DNA of 64,000 bases from Lepidodermella squamata (lineage: Eukaryota; Animalia; Gastrotricha): positions 1-64,000 of the forward strand of contig JBLDXI010000042.1 in assembly GCA_047495785.1 (NCBI GenBank). The letters run 5' to 3'. A model generated the notes under the pieces. The model was given only the letters and a program-made list of their open reading frames with translations. It ran no database searches and was not told the origin of the DNA. Made by a program: the position numbers and the translations under genes. Of the stretch, positions 61,520 to 64,000 are shown piece by piece (the first letter of the stretch is position 1; every line of letters begins with the position of its first letter).

Positions 61520-63976
61520 ATGAAGCAGGTTCAACAACAGCAACGACGAAAGCAGCAGCCGCCTAATCAGCAACCGCCAAATCAGCAATCGACCAATCAG
61601 CAATCGACCAATCAGCAACCGTCAAATCAGCAACCTAAACAGAATCTGTCAGCAACAAAATCTGTTAATACAAAACCGTCTGGCGCGTCGTCGTCTAGCT
61701 CAGCGCCAAGCAGCTCAGCTTCAACATCAGCCGCCGGGCGGCCAGCTGGGCATTCACTGGAAGTACCCTCTACTTCGGCCGTTTCAACCCCTGCAACACG
61801 CAAAACGGCACCTGTTGATTCGGCAACGAAGTCACACCCCGCATCAAAACCTAGGGCAAGTCAACCTAAGGCCGCGTAAGCCATTTTATCTATTTTTCTC
61901 GGTAATTTTGAAATTGCGAATTTTCCAGGCCTCCAACCATTCCATCTAGCAAACATGTAAATTTCGGTATATTATTAACTAATACACAATTTTTGAAACA
62001 ATTATTGCAGATCGATGCCGCTATTTTGGTCAAAGCCGGAGCTAACGTAACCCTGGATGCCGCTGCAAGCTCCCTTGTAAATCAAATGCAAGGTTTGCCG
62101 GGAAAGGTGATTTTTTAATTAAATTCTCAAGTATTATATAAATGATGTGATTTTTGAAGGCTGTTAAACGACCACCACCTGAGGAGGTAAGATTTTTTCG
62201 AAAAATTTATTTTTTGTTTTAATTATGTATTATGTTGCCTAGACCTGGAATGAGTTCGCCGAAGAATTTTTTCGTCGCGCTGATAAATCCATGAAGCGAA
62301 TTGGTGACGACATGATTGGAACTGTCAGCCTTCAAATCGAAGACATGCTAGGGCATTTTAGCATTCACCTTGACGAAATTATGGAACGTAAATTGCACAA
62401 ATATCGCGTAAATGAATCGTTGTATTTTTGGAATTCTCACTATATTCTATTTTTAGGACATTATTGACCCGCCTCTCGCGAGCCCGCCGGTAATGCTCCA
62501 AAAGCCTAGCATCAGCTGTAATAACGGTAAATTGTGAAATCGTTCTGCTGAATAGGTGCTTTCAATCAATTTTTTTATTTTAGACTTTTCGCATGAGGGG
62601 GAGGACTCGGCTGGATCGGCAGATGAAGACCATGGAATCGATGACACAGGCGACAATGACGCCGGTAATGGGGCTGAAAGGCAAAACTATGACAGTGGCA
62701 ATGCAAATGATGAAGAAGTCGAAGTTGAGCAAGAAGGCGTCGAGTCGATTATTGGCTCGGGCGAAGAAAGTGTGGATGGCGATGACGCAAATGGCGACGA
62801 CGCGAATGCCGGCGTTGCGAATGGCGACGAGGCGAATGCCGGCGACGCGAATGGCGGCGATGCGAATGGCGGCGATGCAAATGGCGGCGATGCAAATGGC
62901 GACGAGGCGAATGGCGGCGATGCGAATGGCGGCGATGCGAATGGCGACGAGGCGAATGGCGACGAGGCGAATGCCGGCGGGGCGGTCGAAGTGGCTGAAT
63001 CGGGTTCCAAAGGCCGCGCAAAAATCTATGGAACGGATGCGGTTTGTTGGAATTTTATCCCTATCTAAATTTTCAACAAATTAGCTTTTAAACGAATCGA
63101 AATAATTAGAAATTTTGAAATTTTTCAGGTTATTAGGAATATGAAAAATTATTTTGAGGAATTTTCAAATTGAAATTGATTGCTCGAATTGAATTTTAAA
63201 TTGACTCTTTATTTTATTGATTTTTTTAGTATTTGAGAATTTTCTAAGAAATTTTGAATTTATTTTTGGGTAATATTGTATCTAAGTAAACAAAATGGCA
63301 AATCATAAAAATTAATAATTAAAAATTACATCCAATTTTGATAAAAATTTTGTGTAATTTTTGATTATTAATTTTTATGATTTGAAATTTTATGATATTT
63401 TGATAAAATTTTGATAAAAATTCTGTATTGAGGCATAAAAATTCCAAATTGCATTCAATGATTTGTGATTTTTTCTGTTTAAATTTTTTTTAAAATTTAT
63501 CCCAATTTTCGACATATAATAATGGCGTTATGCATTTTCAGTACATTTTTGCTGCTAATCAAACGGCTGACAAGCAGCTTGAAATAGTGAAAGCGCTGGC
63601 TAGCCGGAAAATTGAGGAGTTGTCTTCAAAAAGCCCTCATGCCCAAATTGCGCCGGGGCGGATTCTCTCAGCTATCATGTTTGCCACGCATTCGAAGGCG
63701 GCCATGTCGGTTTTGCATTTTTTTGATAAAAACCTTGATATATGTGTTCTTTTCAGTATGAAAGCTCTGGGGATACCGGGTGGATTTGAAGCGTCGTTTG
63801 GTAAAGCCAAATTTCATTTAATTAAAGGTCAATATTATGAATATAATAATTTCTTGATAACATATATTTACATTTCAGTTGCTTTAAAAGAGACGTCGCA
63901 ACGAGACGAAAAGGTGGTTATCAAGGCGATGCAGGATTTTATTACAAACACTCGAGCGAAAATTGCATACTTATAA
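61520..63976 (+). CDS. Multi-exon transposon accessory gene: low-complexity N-terminus + BEN/DUF4806-like C-terminal domain
   Basis: Short GT-AG exons at 61520-62520, acidic exon 62584-63041, and C-terminus ILSAIMF...LFSMK...F....HLIK|VALKETSQRDEKVVIKAMQDFITNTRAK resembling the BEN/DUF4806 helical pattern (from recall). Start codon uncertain. Confidence 0.55.
61550..61640 (+). repeat. 15-bp coding minisatellite (QQPPN/QQSTN)
   Basis: AATCAGCAA(C/T)CG.C. repeated about 5-6 times. Confidence 0.85.
62776..62978 (+). repeat. 15-bp coding minisatellite (GDEAN/GGDAN), about 13 copies
   Basis: GGCGACGAGGCGAAT / GGCGGCGATGCGAAT tandem units. Confidence 0.9.
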
Positions 63977-64000
63977 CTGCGCTATAATGACTTTGCGCGA

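Larger units (their letters stand above)
56630..64000. mobile_element. CMC/EnSpm (CACTA/Mirage-like) DNA transposon; right end beyond the window
   Basis: Transposase plus a divergent accessory gene; clustered ACTGG/CCAGT subterminal-type motifs at 56660-56840. Exact left terminus uncertain. Confidence 0.65.

Noticed and set aside
62593-63084. Alternative-frame ORFs (MAATRR.., SPPFA.., HSRRR..) and CRISPR-like periodicity
   Set aside because: These are by-products of a stop-free 15-bp minisatellite; there are no unique spacers and no cas genes.

Overview
Eukaryotic DNA from a compact-genome invertebrate: AT-rich, with about 50-60 nt spliceosomal introns; the taxon cannot be determined from the sequence. 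The window is dominated by a tandem cluster of about 9 paralogous multi-exon genes or gene relics (labelled A-I here). They encode secreted proteins made of an unrecognised ~45-aa 4-Cys module repeated 5-10 times in an A-B-C triplet pattern, capped by a highly divergent C-type lectin-like domain (CTLD). By manual splicing, A, D and F look intact; B, C, E, G and H carry lesions, and only the terminal exon of I is in the window. Four copies of a fucosyltransferase-superfamily gene each lie downstream of a lectin gene in the same orientation, and all four look disrupted. Also present: a carbohydrate sulfotransferase head-to-head with an HRHDQS-type putative glycosyltransferase, a small PAN/apple-like secreted protein, a LINE with intact ORF2, a CMC/EnSpm-type DNA transposon with a divergent BEN/DUF4806-like accessory gene, and many MITEs and foldback elements. 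The best candidate for a new system is a co-duplicating 'glycan writer + variable lectin reader' locus under birth-and-death evolution. All exon structures were read by eye and family names come from motif recall, not database searches.
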